Origin: Eledone cirrhosa
Taxonomy: Eukaryota
Assembly: GCA_964016885.1 (NCBI GenBank)
Contig: OZ024743.1
Location: 349,742,001 to 349,806,000 of the forward strand
DNA length: 64,000 nt
Reading direction: 5' to 3'
Shown piece after piece: positions 13,060 through 27,531 of the stretch (within the stretch, counting starts at the first letter, position 1; each line of letters starts with the position of its first letter). The translations under genes and the position numbers were made by a program. The notes beneath the pieces are model-generated. The model was given only the letters and a program-made list of their open reading frames with translations. It was not told the DNA's origin and did not search any database.

Positions 13060-13875
13060 CGTACGCAGCCGGTTTAGGCGTGATTTCAAATCTGGCAGTT
13101 GTAGGACGAGTCGATTGAAATTTGGAGATGATGTGGTATTACTTAACTCGTCAGACTGACATCCAACAAGCACTTGAAAGTTTTCATGCCAAGTGCTGCA
13201 GGGCTCGAATGAAATACAGTGTTACTAAGTGTGAGTCACTCGTTCTCTCAAAGAAGCTTGCGCAGTGCACTCTACAGGTGAATGGAGCTTCAATGAAGCA
13301 GGTGGAGAAGTTCAAGCGTCTTGGGTCGTGTTCAAGTGTGATGTAAGACAGGAGGCTGAAAGTAGTGCAAGAATTGCAGCAGCTGATGCAGTAATGTGCC
13401 AGGTTCAGGATTCAGTAACCGGATGAAAGGACTTAGGTGTAAAAGTCAAACTCGCTTTCTTCGGTTCCATATTCATGTATTCCCGAAGGCGAGCGGCTGA
13501 AATGGGGCTCCTCCACAGGAACTTTGGAATAACTCTAATCAACAGGGCGCGTAGTTCGGAGAGGAGAGAGTCGCTCAAGGTAGAGCCGCTTCACATCCAA
13601 ATTGAGAGATCACAGCTACGAAATTACCGGCACATGGGTAGAATGTCTCAGAAAGAATCGTTGGATAGCTTTTTTCGTGCAAAACCAACCGGCAATAGAC
13701 CGAAGCGTAGAACATGAGCAAGATGTTTGGATAACATCCATGACCTCGGCTGGTCATGCTTGGGAACCCAGCCGGATCAACTGGAGGGATGCTTCTGGCA
13801 GGAGCTGATGGAGAGGGTGGTTGAGGACTCTACCACCACGACCCCTTAAGGAATAAGTGGTCCGAGAAGAAGGAG
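13060..13875 (+). mobile_element. RTE-clade LINE 3' fragment, degenerate
   Basis: GDDVVLL, MKQVEKFKRLG, RRRAAEMGLL, IERSQLR, GNRP motifs; same family as 2890-4720. Confidence 0.7.
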
Positions 13876-16814
13876 GCAATTCACTGTGAAATTTCATTGA
13901 AGCAGACAATGATCCGAATGCTGAATAAATAATAACTGGACCAAAGATACGGTCATTGAGGAGATGAATGATAACGGGCTAGGCCAAGATTTGGTTGATA
14001 TCCTAAACTTAGTGGTAGATGAATTGAACAATGATAGTGGGAAACCTATGAACCTAAGATTTGTAGGCAGGAAAAAGTTAAAAGAAACAACAGCTAAGGT
14101 AAACAAAGCCATCTCATACCTTGAGGCGAGGAGCCTTCAAAAGTGCAACAATATCCTCAAAGCAACAGCAAATGCGGTGAGGAAATTACTTGGCATAAAA
14201 GCGAGAGGAAACAACAAACAAGGAAGATCAGAACCTTGGTGGAAGAAACTACTGAATGGTCAAATCAGGGAAATGAGAAATGACATTGGAAAGCTTGAGT
14301 CCCTACTGAATGGGACACTAAAAAACATAGATACTAAAAATAGACTGTAAATAAAGTACAAAACTAGGAGGAAAATGCTAAATATTACCATAGAGGAACT
14401 GAAGCAACGCATTGTAGCAAAGAGCGCAAACATTAGGCGATACGAGAGCAGAGTTAGACAGTATAGAGAGAATCGCATGTTTGACAACAACCAGAAAATG
14501 TTGTTTGGACAGCTTGAAGGGAAAGAAAGAAGCAACGACTTGATCCCTGAGGCAGAACAAACTAAGACATTCTGGAGAGGAATATGGGTGCAGGATGTTA
14601 AACATAATGACCAGGCAGTGTGGATTGAGACAGTACAAAAGGAGATTAGTGAACAAGCACACTAACAAACTGATTTGAGTATCACAGTTGAAGCTCTTAA
14701 GAGGCAGGCCAAAAAACTAACCAACTGGAAATCAACAGGCCCAGATAGTGGCAGGGTATTGGATTAAAAATATAACATCCCTCCACCCGAAACTAACAAC
14801 CTTGTTCAATGACTGCTTGATGTCAGGTGAGGTACCAGAGTGATTGACAAAAGGCACCACAATTCTGGTAATGAAAGACCGAATCAAGGGTAATGATGTT
14901 ACCAACTATAGACCTATCACATGTATGTCCGTAATGGGGAAACTGTTGACAAGCATTGTGTCTGAGGAAATTTACCATCACCTCCACACAAACAACTTGT
15001 TAGCGGACGAACAGAAAGGATGCCGAAAGAAGTTCCCTGGTACAAAGGACCAGTTACTTATTGATAATATGGTAATGACCAATAGCAAGAGGAGACACAC
15101 TGGTCTTGCCATGGGATGGATAGACTACAAAAAGGCATTTGACATGGTGCCTCATTCTTGGATCACCAAAAGCCTAGAGATCTTCAAGGTGGCAGATGAC
15201 ATCAGACAGTTGTTGGGCAAAAGTATGAAGTCCTGGAAAACAGAGTTAACATCAGCTGGAGAATCCTTGGGAGGCGTGAAGATCAAGAGAGGTATCTTCC
15301 AGGGAGATAGTCTGTCCCCTCTGTTGTTTGTCCTTGCCCTGATGCCCCTGCAATGATATATGCCCCAGCAATGATATATGTATGCAATTTGGTATTAGTA
15401 AGTGTGGAGTCCTTGTGATGAAGTGGGGTAAATTGAGCAGAAGCAACGGAATCCAGGTACCAACAGGTGAGATGATAAATGAAATTGACACTGACGAAGG
15501 ATACAAGTATTTGGGTGTTCTGGAGGCTGATGCCATCAAGAACAAAAAAAATGAAGGTATTGATAAGATCTCAATACATTCGGAGAATAAGGAGCGTATT
15601 AAAGTCACATCTGAACAGTAGGAATGCCATAAGTGCAGAAAATTCCCGAGCTGTGTCTATTATTAGGTACAGTGCGGGAATTCTGAGATGGAATGTTGCT
15701 GAAGAAAAATAAATGGATAGGAAGACTAGGAAGCTATTGACTATCTACAACATGTTCCACACGAGGAGTGATGTCGATAGACTCTACTTAAGGAGATCTG
15801 AAGGTGGAAGAGGTCTTAGCATAGAGGACTGTGTTCAGATGGAGAAAAACAACCTAAACAAATACGTGACTGATAGTAAGGAGCCAATGCCCAGAATTGT
15901 ACTGAAGGAGAGGACAATACACCAGGGGATGTCCCACGAGGAAATAACAACAAGGAGAAAGAGCAGACTTCATGAAAAATCCCTTCATAGTAACTTCTTT
16001 GAGAAAACTGAATTCAGAGATCCACAGACATGGAACTGGTTGAAAAGAGGAGACCTTAAAAATGCTACAGAAGGAAAGCTAATGGCTGCGCGTCAGCAGG
16101 CCCTCAAAACGAAGTGGTTGAAACCCCATATTTACAAGGAGGAGGCTAGCCCACTGTGCAGGATCTGTGGAGAGAGAGAGAGGAGACTGTGATTCACATT
16201 GTATCCGAGTGTAAACACCTAGCCCAGACTCACTATAAAGGCTGGAGACATAATGTGATGGGCAGGGTGATCCACTGGCACCTATGCAAAGTAAACAATT
16301 TACCACATTCTGAGAAGTGGTATGAGCATAAACCAGAGTCGGTGATAGAAAACGATCAGGTGAAGGTGCTGTGGGATTTTAGGATACAGACGGACAAGAA
16401 ACTCGAACACAATAGATCTTACCTGGTGGTTTTGGACAAGGAAAAAAGATCGTGCCTGATTGTGGTTGTGGCCTGCCCATTCGACACGAGAGTGCAAGAG
16501 AAGGAGAGGGAGAAAATTAACCGATACCAGGACTTAAAGTGGGAGGTAAAAAGGATTTGGAACTGCCATGAGGTCAAAGTCATTGTCATAGGCGCACTAG
16601 GTACTATCTCAAACATTTTCCAGGGAAGGTTAAAGAAAATTGGCCCCGCCCCGCATTTTGGGACACTTCAAAAGGCATGCTTGCTGGAACAGCAAGAACC
16701 CTCCGATACATCCTGAATATCTGAGGCTGCATGTAGTGGCTTGATATTCATTTCAACACACTTTCCAGTTAACTAACATCAATGACTGAGACTCAAAAAC
16801 AATAATAATAACAT

Positions 16815-19795
16815 TATCATCACAAACAAACTAAACATTACTGATTTAAATCATCTCTATTATGCATCGGCTAAAGTCACCACTCACTTATGTGGAGTAA
16901 AAATGACAAAACAAAGGAATTCCCACAAGAAATCTACTTGGCAAGAGAACATCAACCGCCAAATAAACCTTCTCCGATCTGACATAGAAATTTTAACAAA
17001 CTACAAAGTAGGTGAACATGTTAAACAAACTAAACTTAGAAAATTGAAAAGAAAGTACAGTATAAAATCAATAAGTGACATAGACATGCTGAAAATCAAG
17101 CAAAAAGTGTCTGCCAAAGCTGCTCGTATAAGTCACTTTGAAAAACGATCTAGATTCTATAAGGACAATAATATGTTCAAAAATAAACAAAGAAACTTCT
17201 ACAGAAAAATTGGCAAGTCAACAATAACTGCTAAATCAATACCACCCAAGGAGGAAGTGCAAGAATTCTGGGAAAAGATCTGGGCCGAAGAAAAAGTTCA
17301 TAATATACATGCCCCATGGATAGACAGACAAATGAAAGATACAGCTCACCTTGAGGAACAAATATGGGAAAATATAACAGTTGAACAGTTGCGTTTGGCT
17401 CTTAGAAAAACCAGCAAATGGAAATCCCAGGAAAAGAAAAATTTTTTTGATAAATGCCTTCACAGTGTCTCATGAGCTATTAGCCTAACTTTACAATGAA
17501 ATAGTTAAGGAGCCAAAAAAGATACCATCATGGCGAGTTACATTCCTGCTTCCGAAGAATGATGAGAGAAACAATCCCAAAAATTACAGACCGATAACTT
17601 GCTTGACCACAATGTATAAAATGTTAACATCAATCCTAACTGAATATACATATGACCACATGATAACAAATCATCTATTTCCCAATGAGCAGAAAGGGTG
17701 TAAACGAGGCTCATATGGCTGTAAGGGTCAGCTTTTGGTTATCAAAATGATATTGGAAGATTGTCATAATAGACACAAAAATCTATCAATTGCTTGGATA
17801 GATTATAAAAAAGCATTCGATAGTTTGCCACACAGTTGGATTGAAAATTGTTTAGAGATTTTCAAAATATCTCCCGTTGTCAGAAGGTTCCTGTCATTCA
17901 GTATGAAGACATTGAAAACGACACTCCTTTTGAATAGTAAAAAAAAACCACTGGAAGCTGGAGAAGTTAATATTAATTGTGGAATTTTTCAGGGTGACTC
18001 TTTATCACTGCTTTTATTCTGCATCGCACTTATACCATTAAGTAAAATGCTCAATGAAACAAAACATGGATATAAAGTCTATGACAAAACCATTAATCAC
18101 TTGTTCTACATGGATGACCTGAAACAATTTGCAAAAAATGATGAACAATTGCAAGGGCTATTATCCACTGTGGAGCAGTTCATTGATGACATTAAAATGG
18201 AGTTTGGACTAGATAAATGCGCCAAAGCAACGTTCACCAGAGGAAAGCTGCTGAAAAGTTCAGACATTAATCTTGATCGGGGGAATGTGATAAGAGAACT
18301 TGATCAAGAGGAAACCTACAAATATCTAGGTGTTTGTGAAGGAGACGGAATCAAGCACTCGACAATGAGGGAAAGGATAAGGAAGGAATGTTACCGCAGA
18401 GTAAGAGAAATCTTACGAATTGAATTGAATGCAAGGAATAGGATCGATGCCATATACACGCTTGCCATACCAGTAGTAACCTACATCAACCGGTCAAGCA
18501 CAGAGATCCGTAGGCTCGATACAAAAATTAGAAAATTCTTGACCATGCACAGAATGCATCACCCTAAGGCAGATACAGATATAATATATCTCCCTAGGAA
18601 AGAAGGAGGACGTGGGTTAATCCAGTTAGATATTGCGTTGAAAACTGCAACAATTAGATTATCTACATATCTAAGGGAATCACATGATTGGATGATCAAA
18701 CTCGTTTTGAAACCCGAAAGCATCAAAAGATCATACTCCATTACAAAAGATGCACAAAGATACAGTAATGGACTACACATTTCAGAAGTCCCATTTACTG
18801 CTGAAATGGAAAACACATAAAAAGCAAAGTAGGTAAAAGTAACTGCAAAGAAAGAACTGCTACAGAAACTGGCTAAGAAGTGGCAAGAAAAGCCGCTGTA
18901 TGGAAAATACCCAGAAAGAGCTAACGATCCTGATGTTGACAAAACTTTAACCCATCAGTGGTTGGCATCCTCTGGACTGAAATCGGAGACTGAAGGACTG
19001 ATTATATCAGCACAAGATCAGTCAAGTCTGCCAACAAAAAATTACCAACCCAACATAATAAAAAAAATATATGCAACCCATTTTGCCGTGTATGTAAAAA
19101 ACAACCAGAGACCATCGACCATATCATTTCAATGTGCAGTCCTATAGATCCAACCGAATACCTAAACAGGCATGACAGAGCTGCACAATACATACATTTG
19201 ATAATGTGTAAGCATTTTGACCTGCCCCATCAAAGGAATTGGTGGGAGCATCAACCACCTCCCATACTTGAAAAAGATCATATCTCAATCTTGTGGAACT
19301 TTAGCATCCAAACAGACCGAAAAATAGATGCAAATAGACCTGATATAATATTGAAGGACCTTAAAAAGAGGGTATGCCTGCTAATTGATATGTCTGTTCC
19401 AATAGACAAGAATGTATCTATAAAAACATTTGAAAAATTGAGCAAGTATAAGGACCTGGAGATAGAAATTGGAAAAATGTGGAAATTGAGAACTAAAACA
19501 ATACCAGTGGTTGTAGGCGCTCTAGGAATGATACCTAAGGGGTCTAATGATTACTTATCGCAAATCCCGGGAAACACGCGTATAGGAGAAATATAAAAGA
19601 TAGTACTAATGGGAACTGCCCATATACTAAGGAAGATTCTGTCAATATAAGTACATCACAAGTCTAAACACCCAAAGATGCATGTGTGTGTATGTATGTT
19701 CTTTCTTGAACATGGCGGACCTTGTTGTCTCTTGAGATCACTGGTTGTGATTTGGTGATACCTCCTATGAATATAAAGCGAGATAAATGCAACTG
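16815..19795 (+). mobile_element. R4/Dong-clade element, family B, 5'-truncated
   Basis: WIDYKKAFD, GIFQGDSLS, HLFYMDD, CRVC/ETIDH, RHD, RPDII..D, KLSKY; flanked by (AAT)n. Confidence 0.9.
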
Positions 19796-20124
19796 TAATA
19801 ATAATAATAATAATTTCACCACCAAATCACCAACACCACCACCGCTGCCGCCACCATCACCATTACCACACAATAAAAATCTAGCCAAACCAACTGTTAC
19901 TTCAACACCATCACGACAGTACTACTATCACATCACCACCACCACCCCACTCCATCATTATCGCTACCGCCGCTATTCTCTCCCACTACCTACTGTTAAG
20001 ACAGAGGGATAGTAGTATTCACACTAAGTGAGGAAGGTATCAAAATATATAAATAGACTGATTTGGTGACCCGGTCAGAAGCAACAACAACAACACCAAA
20101 AACATTATTATTTTTATTATTATT

Positions 20125-20245
20125 GACGTCCCTTTACAGTCTGAGTTCAAATCCCGCCGAGGTTAACTTTGCCTTTCATCCTTACGGGGTCGATAAAATA
20201 AAGTACCAGTAATTGCTGGCCTTGTGACTAAAGTAGAAACAATTA
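20125..20245 (+). mobile_element. tRNA-derived SINE
   Basis: ctgagttcaaatcccgccgaggttaactttgcctttcatccttacggggtcgataaaataaagtaccag...gctggccttgtg, repeated in the window. Confidence 0.75.
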
Positions 20246-20324
20246 TTATTATTATTGCTGCTGTACTTCTAAAACTCTCTCAAAGTGTTTAGTTTAAACG
20301 ATGTCAAATCTAAACTATAATATA

Positions 20325-20465
20325 ATAATTGCTTCTACTTTAGGCACAAGGCCAGCAATTACTCAGTGCATTACTGGTACTTTATTTTATCGACACCGTA
20401 AGGATGAAAGGCAAAGTCAACCTCGGCGTGATTTGAACTCAGATCGTAAAGGGACGTAACTATGC
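20325..20465 (-). mobile_element. tRNA-derived SINE, inverted relative to its neighbour
   Basis: Reverse complement of the same SINE core. Confidence 0.75.
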
Positions 20466-20588
20466 TGGAAAGCAACAAGTCGAAACAAATTTGAAAAGTT
20501 TTGAACGCAACAGCCCTACTTCTCATGAAGCTAAAATCAAAAAATCAAAAATCAAAACAGCACAGCAGCAACGAAAAACGCAAAGAAA

Positions 20589-20619
<31 letters not shown>

Positions 20620-20674
20620 CTAAGTCAGACATTCAAACATTACATTACAATGAAACTTATGTTTATTGTTTTAA

Positions 20675-23600
20675 GTTTTTACCTATTTATTTGTTTATTT
20701 ATTTATGTTCGTCTACAGCGTGATAGTTCCACGCTAAAATAACCGGGGGTGATCAAATCACTGGGGGGGGTGATGAAATCACTGGTGGTTATGTAACCAT
20801 ACATTCACCAATCCTCGATAAGAGTCTTTAAATGTCGAACCTAAACAGTTCAAATAACGGTGAAGTGGAGACTGGAATGTCATGTCACAGACCCTCACCC
20901 AGTAGGTGCTCCCTGGCTCAGCAGCTGGGACCTGGCTGTCAACCAAATACTGCTGGTGTCGGAGGAAGGAGAAGAAGGAAAGGGACCAGAACCAACTGGA
21001 CGTAAGATTTGAATAGAACTGTTATGCAATGTTACCTGAAGAGTAACCCCAAGGAGAAAGGCTATAGGAAACGGATGCATAACATCTGGAACGAGATTGG
21101 TCTATTTAAATTAGATGAACAAAAATGGGCCGGGCAGGCTCGGGTAATAAGAACTAATGGGTGGATAAGCGAGCTGGAACTGGAAGAACTGAGCAGAGAG
21201 ATTAGATTGGAAATGGAGAGTGAAGTAGGCCAGGCAAACGAGCCAGTGGGAAATGAAGGTGAAGAGGTTGAGAGAACGGAGGAAGCATCTGAAGCAGACA
21301 ATGATCTGAATGCTGAAAGATACGGCCATTGAGGAAATGAAAGCTGACGGGCTAGGACAAGATTTGGTTGATATCCTAAACTTAGTGTTAGATGAAATGA
21401 ACAATGATAGTGGGAAACCTATGAACCTATGATTTGTAGACTGGAAAAAGTTAAAAGAAACAACAGCTAAGGTAAACTAAGTCATCCCATACCTTGAGGC
21501 GAGGAACCTTCACCAGTGCAACAATATCCTCAAAGCAACAGCAAATGCGGTAAGGAAATTACTTGGCATAAAAGCGAGAGGAAACAACAAACAAGAAAGA
21601 TCAGAACCTTTGTGGAAGAAACGACTGAATGGCCAAATCAGGGAAATGAGAAATGACATTGGAAAGCTTGAGTCCCTACTGAATGGGACACTACAAAACA
21701 TAGACACTAAAAATAGACTGGAAATAAAGTACAACACTAGGAGGAAAAAGCTAAATATTATCAGAGAGGAACTGAAGCAACGCATTGTAGCAAAGAGGGC
21801 AAAGATTAGGCGATACCAGAACAGAGTCAGTCAGTATAGACAGAACCGCATGTTTGACAACAACCAGAAGATGTTGTATGGACAGCTTGAAGGAGGCAAC
21901 GACTTGATCCCTGAGGCGGAACAAACTAAGACATTCTGGAGAGGAATATGGGTGCAGGATGTTAAACGTAATGACCAGGCAGTGTGGATTGAGACAGTAC
22001 AAAAGGAGATTAGTGAACAGGCACACTAACAAACTGATTTGAGTATCACAGTTGAAGCTCTTAAGAGGCAGGCCAAAAAACTAACCAACTGGAAATCACC
22101 AGGCCCAGATGGTGTGCAGGAGTATTGGATTAAAAATATAACATCCCTCCATCCGAAACTGACAGCCATGTTCAATCACTGCCTGATGTCGGGTGAGGTA
22201 CCAGAGGGGTTGAAAAAAGGTACCACAGTTCTGGTAATGAAAGACCGAACCAAGGGTAATGATGTTACCAACTATAGACCTATCACATGTCTGTCCGTAA
22301 TGTGGAAATTGCTAACAAGCGTTGTGTCTGAGAAAATCTACCATGACCTCCACATAAACAACTTGTTACCGGACGAACAGAAAGGATGCCGAAAGAAGTC
22401 CCGTGGTACAAAGGACCAGTTTCTTTTTGATAATGTGGTAATGAGGAATTGCAGGAGGAGACACACTGGTCTTGCCATGGGATGGATAGACTACAAAAAG
22501 GCATTGGACATGGCACCTCATTCTTGGATAACCAAAAGCCTAGAGATCTTCAAGGTGGCAGATGACATCAGACAGTTGTTGAGCAGAAGTATGAAGTCCT
22601 GGAAAACAGAGTTAACATCGGGTGGATAATCCTTGGGAGGTGTGAAGATCAAGAGAGATATCTTCCAGAGAGATAGTTTGTCCCCTCTGTTTTTCTCCCT
22701 GCGCTGATCCCCCTGACCATTATACTGCGAAAGGTGAGAGCAGGATACAAGTTGGGAAAGGGAGAGCTTACCATCAATCACCTCCTCTTCATGGACGATC
22801 TGAGAAGGAGTTGGATGTGCTTGTTGACACTGTCCGTATTTTCAGCAATGATATATGTATGCAATTTGGTATTAGTAAGTGTGGAGTCCTTGTGATGAAG
22901 AGGGGTAAGTTGAGCAGAAGCAACGGAATCCAGGTACCAACAGGTGAGATGATAAAGGAAATTGATACTGAAGAAGGATACAAATATTTAGGTGTTCTGG
23001 AGGCTGATGACATCAAGAACAAAAAAATTAAGGTATTGATAAGATCTGAATACATTCGGAGAGTAAGGAGCGTATTAAAGTCACATCTGAACAGTAGGAA
23101 TGCCATAAGTGCAGTAAATTCCCGAGCTGTGTCTATTATTAGGTACAGTGCGGGAATTCTGAGATGGAATGTTGCTGAAGAAAAAGAAATGGATAGGAAG
23201 ACTAGGAAGCTATTGACTATCTACAACATGTTCCACAAGAGGAGTGATGTCGATAGACTCTACTTAAGGAGATCTGAAGGTCGAAGAGGTCTTATCAGCA
23301 TAGAGGACTGTGTTGAGATGGAGTAAAACAACCTACACAAATACGTGACTGATAGTAGGGAGCCAATGCTCAGAACTGTACTGTAGGAGGGGACAATAGA
23401 CCAGGGGATGTCCAAGGAGGAAATAACAACAAGGAGAAAGAGCAACCTTCATGAAAAATCCCTTCATAGTACCTTCTTTGAGAAAACTGAATTTAGAGAT
23501 CCACAGACATGGAACTGGTTGAAAAGAGCAGGCCCTCAAAACGAAGTGGCTGAATCACCATATTTACAAGGAGGAGGCTAGCCCACTGTGAAGGATCTGT

Positions 23601-24230
23601 GGAGAGAGAAAGGAGACTGTGGCTCACATTGTATCCGAGTGTAAACACCTAGCCCAGACTAACTATAAAGGCTGGAGACATGATGTGATGGGCAGGGTGA
23701 TCCACTGGCACCTAGGCAAAGTAAACAATTTACCACATTCTGAGAAGTGGTATGAGCATAAGCCAGAGTCGATGATAGAAAACGATCAGGTGAAGGGGCT
23801 GTGGGATTTTAGGATACATACGGACAAGAAACTGGAACACATTAGACCTGGTGGTTTTGGACAAGGAAAAAAGATCGTGCCTGATTGTGGATGTAGCCTG
23901 CCCATTCGACACGAATGTGCAAGAGAAGGAGAGGGAGCCAATTAACCGATACCAGTACTTAAAGTGGGAGGTAAAAAGGATTTGGAACTGCCATGAAGTC
24001 AAAGTGGTCCCGATTGTTATAGGCGCACTAGGTACTATCTCAAAGAGTTTCCAAGGATGGCTAAAGAAAATTAGTCCAGCCCCCCTGTTTGGAACTCTTC
24101 AAAAGGCATTCTTGCTGGGAACAGCAAGAACCCTCCGATACGTTCTGAATATCTGAGGCTGCAGGTAGTGGCTTGATATTCATTTCAACAAACTTTCCAG
24201 TTAAATAACATCAATGAATGAGACTCAAAG
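20675..24230 (+). mobile_element. R4/Dong family A, full-length, disrupted
   Basis: 5' UTR, ATG at 20832 (MSNLNSS...), RT/CCHC/RLE remnants; 3' end gagactcaaag followed by (AAT)n. Confidence 0.9.
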
Positions 24231-24233
24231 AAC

Positions 24234-24268
<35 letters not shown>

Positions 24269-24317
24269 AAGGACGAATGGTTACTCCTTCATTACGTTTA
24301 TTGGTTGGGGATGTGTG

Positions 24318-24362
<45 letters not shown>

Positions 24363-24540
24363 TTTCTACAATGGTTATATTTTGAGATTGGTGTGTAGGC
24401 GGTTTGGTCAACCCATGAATACAATTTACATAAAACTGAATAGCTTTATTTATTTGTTCATTAACGTTAATTTGCATGTTTTGAAGCCATGTAATCAGAA
24501 TCTATTCACAACAACAGTAAAATAACACACAAACACACAC

Positions 24541-24624
<84 letters not shown>

Positions 24625-24628
<4 letters not shown>

Positions 24629-24901
24629 TAGTATTGGTGCTTTGAAATAGCGATGTATACATGAATGTATGTATAGTATATTTGGCAAAATACTGTATGT
24701 TTAATTAAAAGCATTTTGAAGACTATTCGCTAGGTGTTTTAAAGTAGTGACTATGTCATTTACTTAATCTCGGCAAAAGTAACGGGATTCCTGTTACTTC
24801 TGGTGAGATTAAGTAAGTGACACATTCACTACTTTAAAACTCTTAGCGAATGGTCTTCTAAATGTTTTTAATTAAACATACAGTATTTTACCAAATATAC
24901 T

Positions 24902-24910
<9 letters not shown>
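24625..24910. repeat. Long hairpin (fold-back) element in (TA)n
   Basis: Arms ~24668-24785 / 24792-24908 with a ~6-nt spacer and a left tail. Confidence 0.8.
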
Positions 24911-24946
<36 letters not shown>

Positions 24947-25071
24947 CGTTTGTTATAGCTCTGGTTCATCTGAATCATTGAGCACTTGCCTCACATCTCG
25001 AAGGTTGTTTTTCGTTATTTCGTGGGCCGAAATGCGAATTTCGATAATTTATGTTTGTATATATATATATA

Positions 25072-25634
25072 TAGTAATAATAATAAATTTGAAGACTAAA
25101 ATCCAAAGAGGGCTCGATAAGGATAAATATATATTATATATATAAGAACCGTAGAGCAAATATTTATTAAAATAACAGATTAAAGTTTAAGCAAAGAATC
25201 GCTGCTTCTGAAACTAACAAAGTCAATCTGAAATAAAAGACCATGTGACCTCTGCGCCGCTGAGGCCCTGGAAATACTCTACGCCAAAGACCACATCTTA
25301 AACAAAAAATCTGAGGCAATTTCGGCTTGTAAACATAAATTGCACAAAACTTTCCTGTATTACAGCCCCACATTATACCCTAACGGATAGTACGAACTAT
25401 ACGCGGATATTTTACGTCTTGATGTGGTAGCTAAGTATATGTTATGTTTATACCATTACTTATTTGTATAGGGAACGTTTCCCCGAACCAAAGTATCGTC
25501 TTCCTGTCTTGCTCCGGTTGTAACGCTTTTTGAAATATTCACTTCTGCGTTCATAGATTGACTTTGTTAGTTTCAGAAGATCCCGTTAAGGGTGGAAGCA
25601 GCGATTCTTAATTAAACTTTAATCTGTTATTTTA

Positions 25635-25640
<6 letters not shown>
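25072..25640 (-). mobile_element. Fold-back element, family shared with 12499 and 62152
   Basis: Minus-strand tail 25072-25165; inverted arms ~25161-25230 / 25555-25640; (TA)n flanks. Confidence 0.75.
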
Positions 25641-25683
<43 letters not shown>

Positions 25684-25756
25684 ATATAGGGCATTAGGAA
25701 AGAAAAGCTAGGCTAAAGTTGTTGAAATTCAAAGAAACGTTTATTACATAATAAAG

Positions 25757-25800
25757 TCTCTCACGCGCGTTTCAATGCAACTTTGCAATCGCCAGCGAGA
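25757..25800 (-). ncRNA. Degenerate hammerhead relic
   Basis: Reverse complement tctcg-CTGGCGA-ttgca aagt tgcatt-GAAA-cgcgcg-TG-agaga; core mutated. Confidence 0.45.
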
Positions 25801-27450
25801 GCTGAAAAATTATGTTATACATTCCACTATCCCGCTGTTACACTTATTTCTTCTTATTTCTTTTTATGTACAGGACCGTGCGGCCAATGTAGTTGATTTG
25901 GGATGCTGATGTGGATGAACAGCATGGAATATATCTAGAAAATGTAAACTATTATGAAGCATGTTGTGGAATATGCAGCGAGATTAATTATGATCATGGG
26001 AGGGGGGGGTATATGTTTTCATTTCAGGTAAATAATAATCGGGTAGACACTGATGGCACGCCTGATTGCCATTGGTCTTGTGCCAATGAAATGATTGGAA
26101 CTTATTCTGGACACATCCAAATCATCTCTTCCCGACAACGTCTGGTTGCCTAACAGGAATTTGTGTAGTCTTGATGATGTATTCAAAGAGAAATTATGCA
26201 ATAAGAATCTACATTAAGCTGCACTCTATACTTTTTCTAACAATTGTTTAGAAAGGAAAATGCAGAGTCTTAAAAAAAGGGAAAGCTGGGAGTCAGACTT
26301 CTTAATGATGCTAATGGCCAGATACTGAAGTTGCTATAAGAACTTTCGTTTCTAAATAATACTGTAATAACAAAAAGAGAACAAAAATCGCTGTCTTTGT
26401 GGCTGATTTGGACTAAAAATACAAACTGTTGTGTTTATTGTTCTTTCGGAAGAAAATATAGAGAGACAGATGAAAAGAAGGGTCTAAAATATATACGGTT
26501 TAGGGAGACATATACGCCTAAGGATGACAGTGTATATTTCTTCTATGAAAGGGATATATCGGAGCTTTGTATCTAGATACTATCTTGGTGATTTTGGACT
26601 TCAGGAGGACATCAGATCAGTGATTACCAATCTCAACAGGGTAGCACTATATTCTAAGTAATGCATATAACAGAGATATATCAGAGTGTCAAATACTGAC
26701 ATCACAAAAAGAAAGAAAAAAATTCTCAGTAACCAATAAAACAAAATGATTTCAGCATAAATGGAATGGTTTCAGATAAAAGAGCTAAAGACCCCTTTCG
26801 GACAGAAATGACCATGGGATTTGCACCTAGAAAGTTTCTTTCTGAGGAACAAGTCCGGGCAAAGTTGTTTGAGGAAGACCAGTAGTCGCCCACGCAGCCC
26901 CCACTCTCCACGCCACCGATGATATCTAAAGGAAAGGCAATGGGCGATACAGCTTGATACCATTGACGTCACAACTCACTTCCACAGCTGAGTGAACTGG
27001 AGCAATGTGAAATAAAATGTCTTGCTCAAGTGAAATACACACGGATAAATGTACTGATAGCATTTATAAGGATGGTGGGGTAACGTGGTAGCCAAAGAAT
27101 CCTGGACACGATGGGATGAAAATGTATTATTTGTTTCACCATGGCCGCCATCTGCTGACGCGCGTTTAAATAGAAACTCAATGAGCCGCTGCCAATAGCG
27201 TCGATCAGTGAGTGTTTCGACGTGTTTGCGTGTACTCTTGACGGGATACAACACAATTTCTATTTACAAGACACTGATCCCCATGGTGGTGTCTAACTCA
27301 AGCATTTGTGTTAAGTGCCTCCTTAAGGGATTTCAAACAGAAAACACGTTACACACGCACAAACACACATACGTATATGATGTACGTGCGCGTGAGTTTA
27401 TATTATATACACACACACACATGCACACACACACACACACATGCATGCAT

Positions 27451-27511
<61 letters not shown>

Positions 27512-27531
27512 TATATATATATAAATGCATG

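Larger units (their letters stand above)
10945..16798 (+). mobile_element. R4/Dong family A full-length copy interrupted by a 2.3-kb insertion (11562-13897)
   Basis: 5' part 10945-11561 ends gaggaaccatcc and resumes tgaagcagac at 13898; these are contiguous in copy 3. Many stops and frameshifts plus an internal deletion near 15350. Confidence 0.85.

Noticed and set aside
20125-20465. Another ribozyme fold-back
   Set aside because: It is two oppositely oriented SINE copies.
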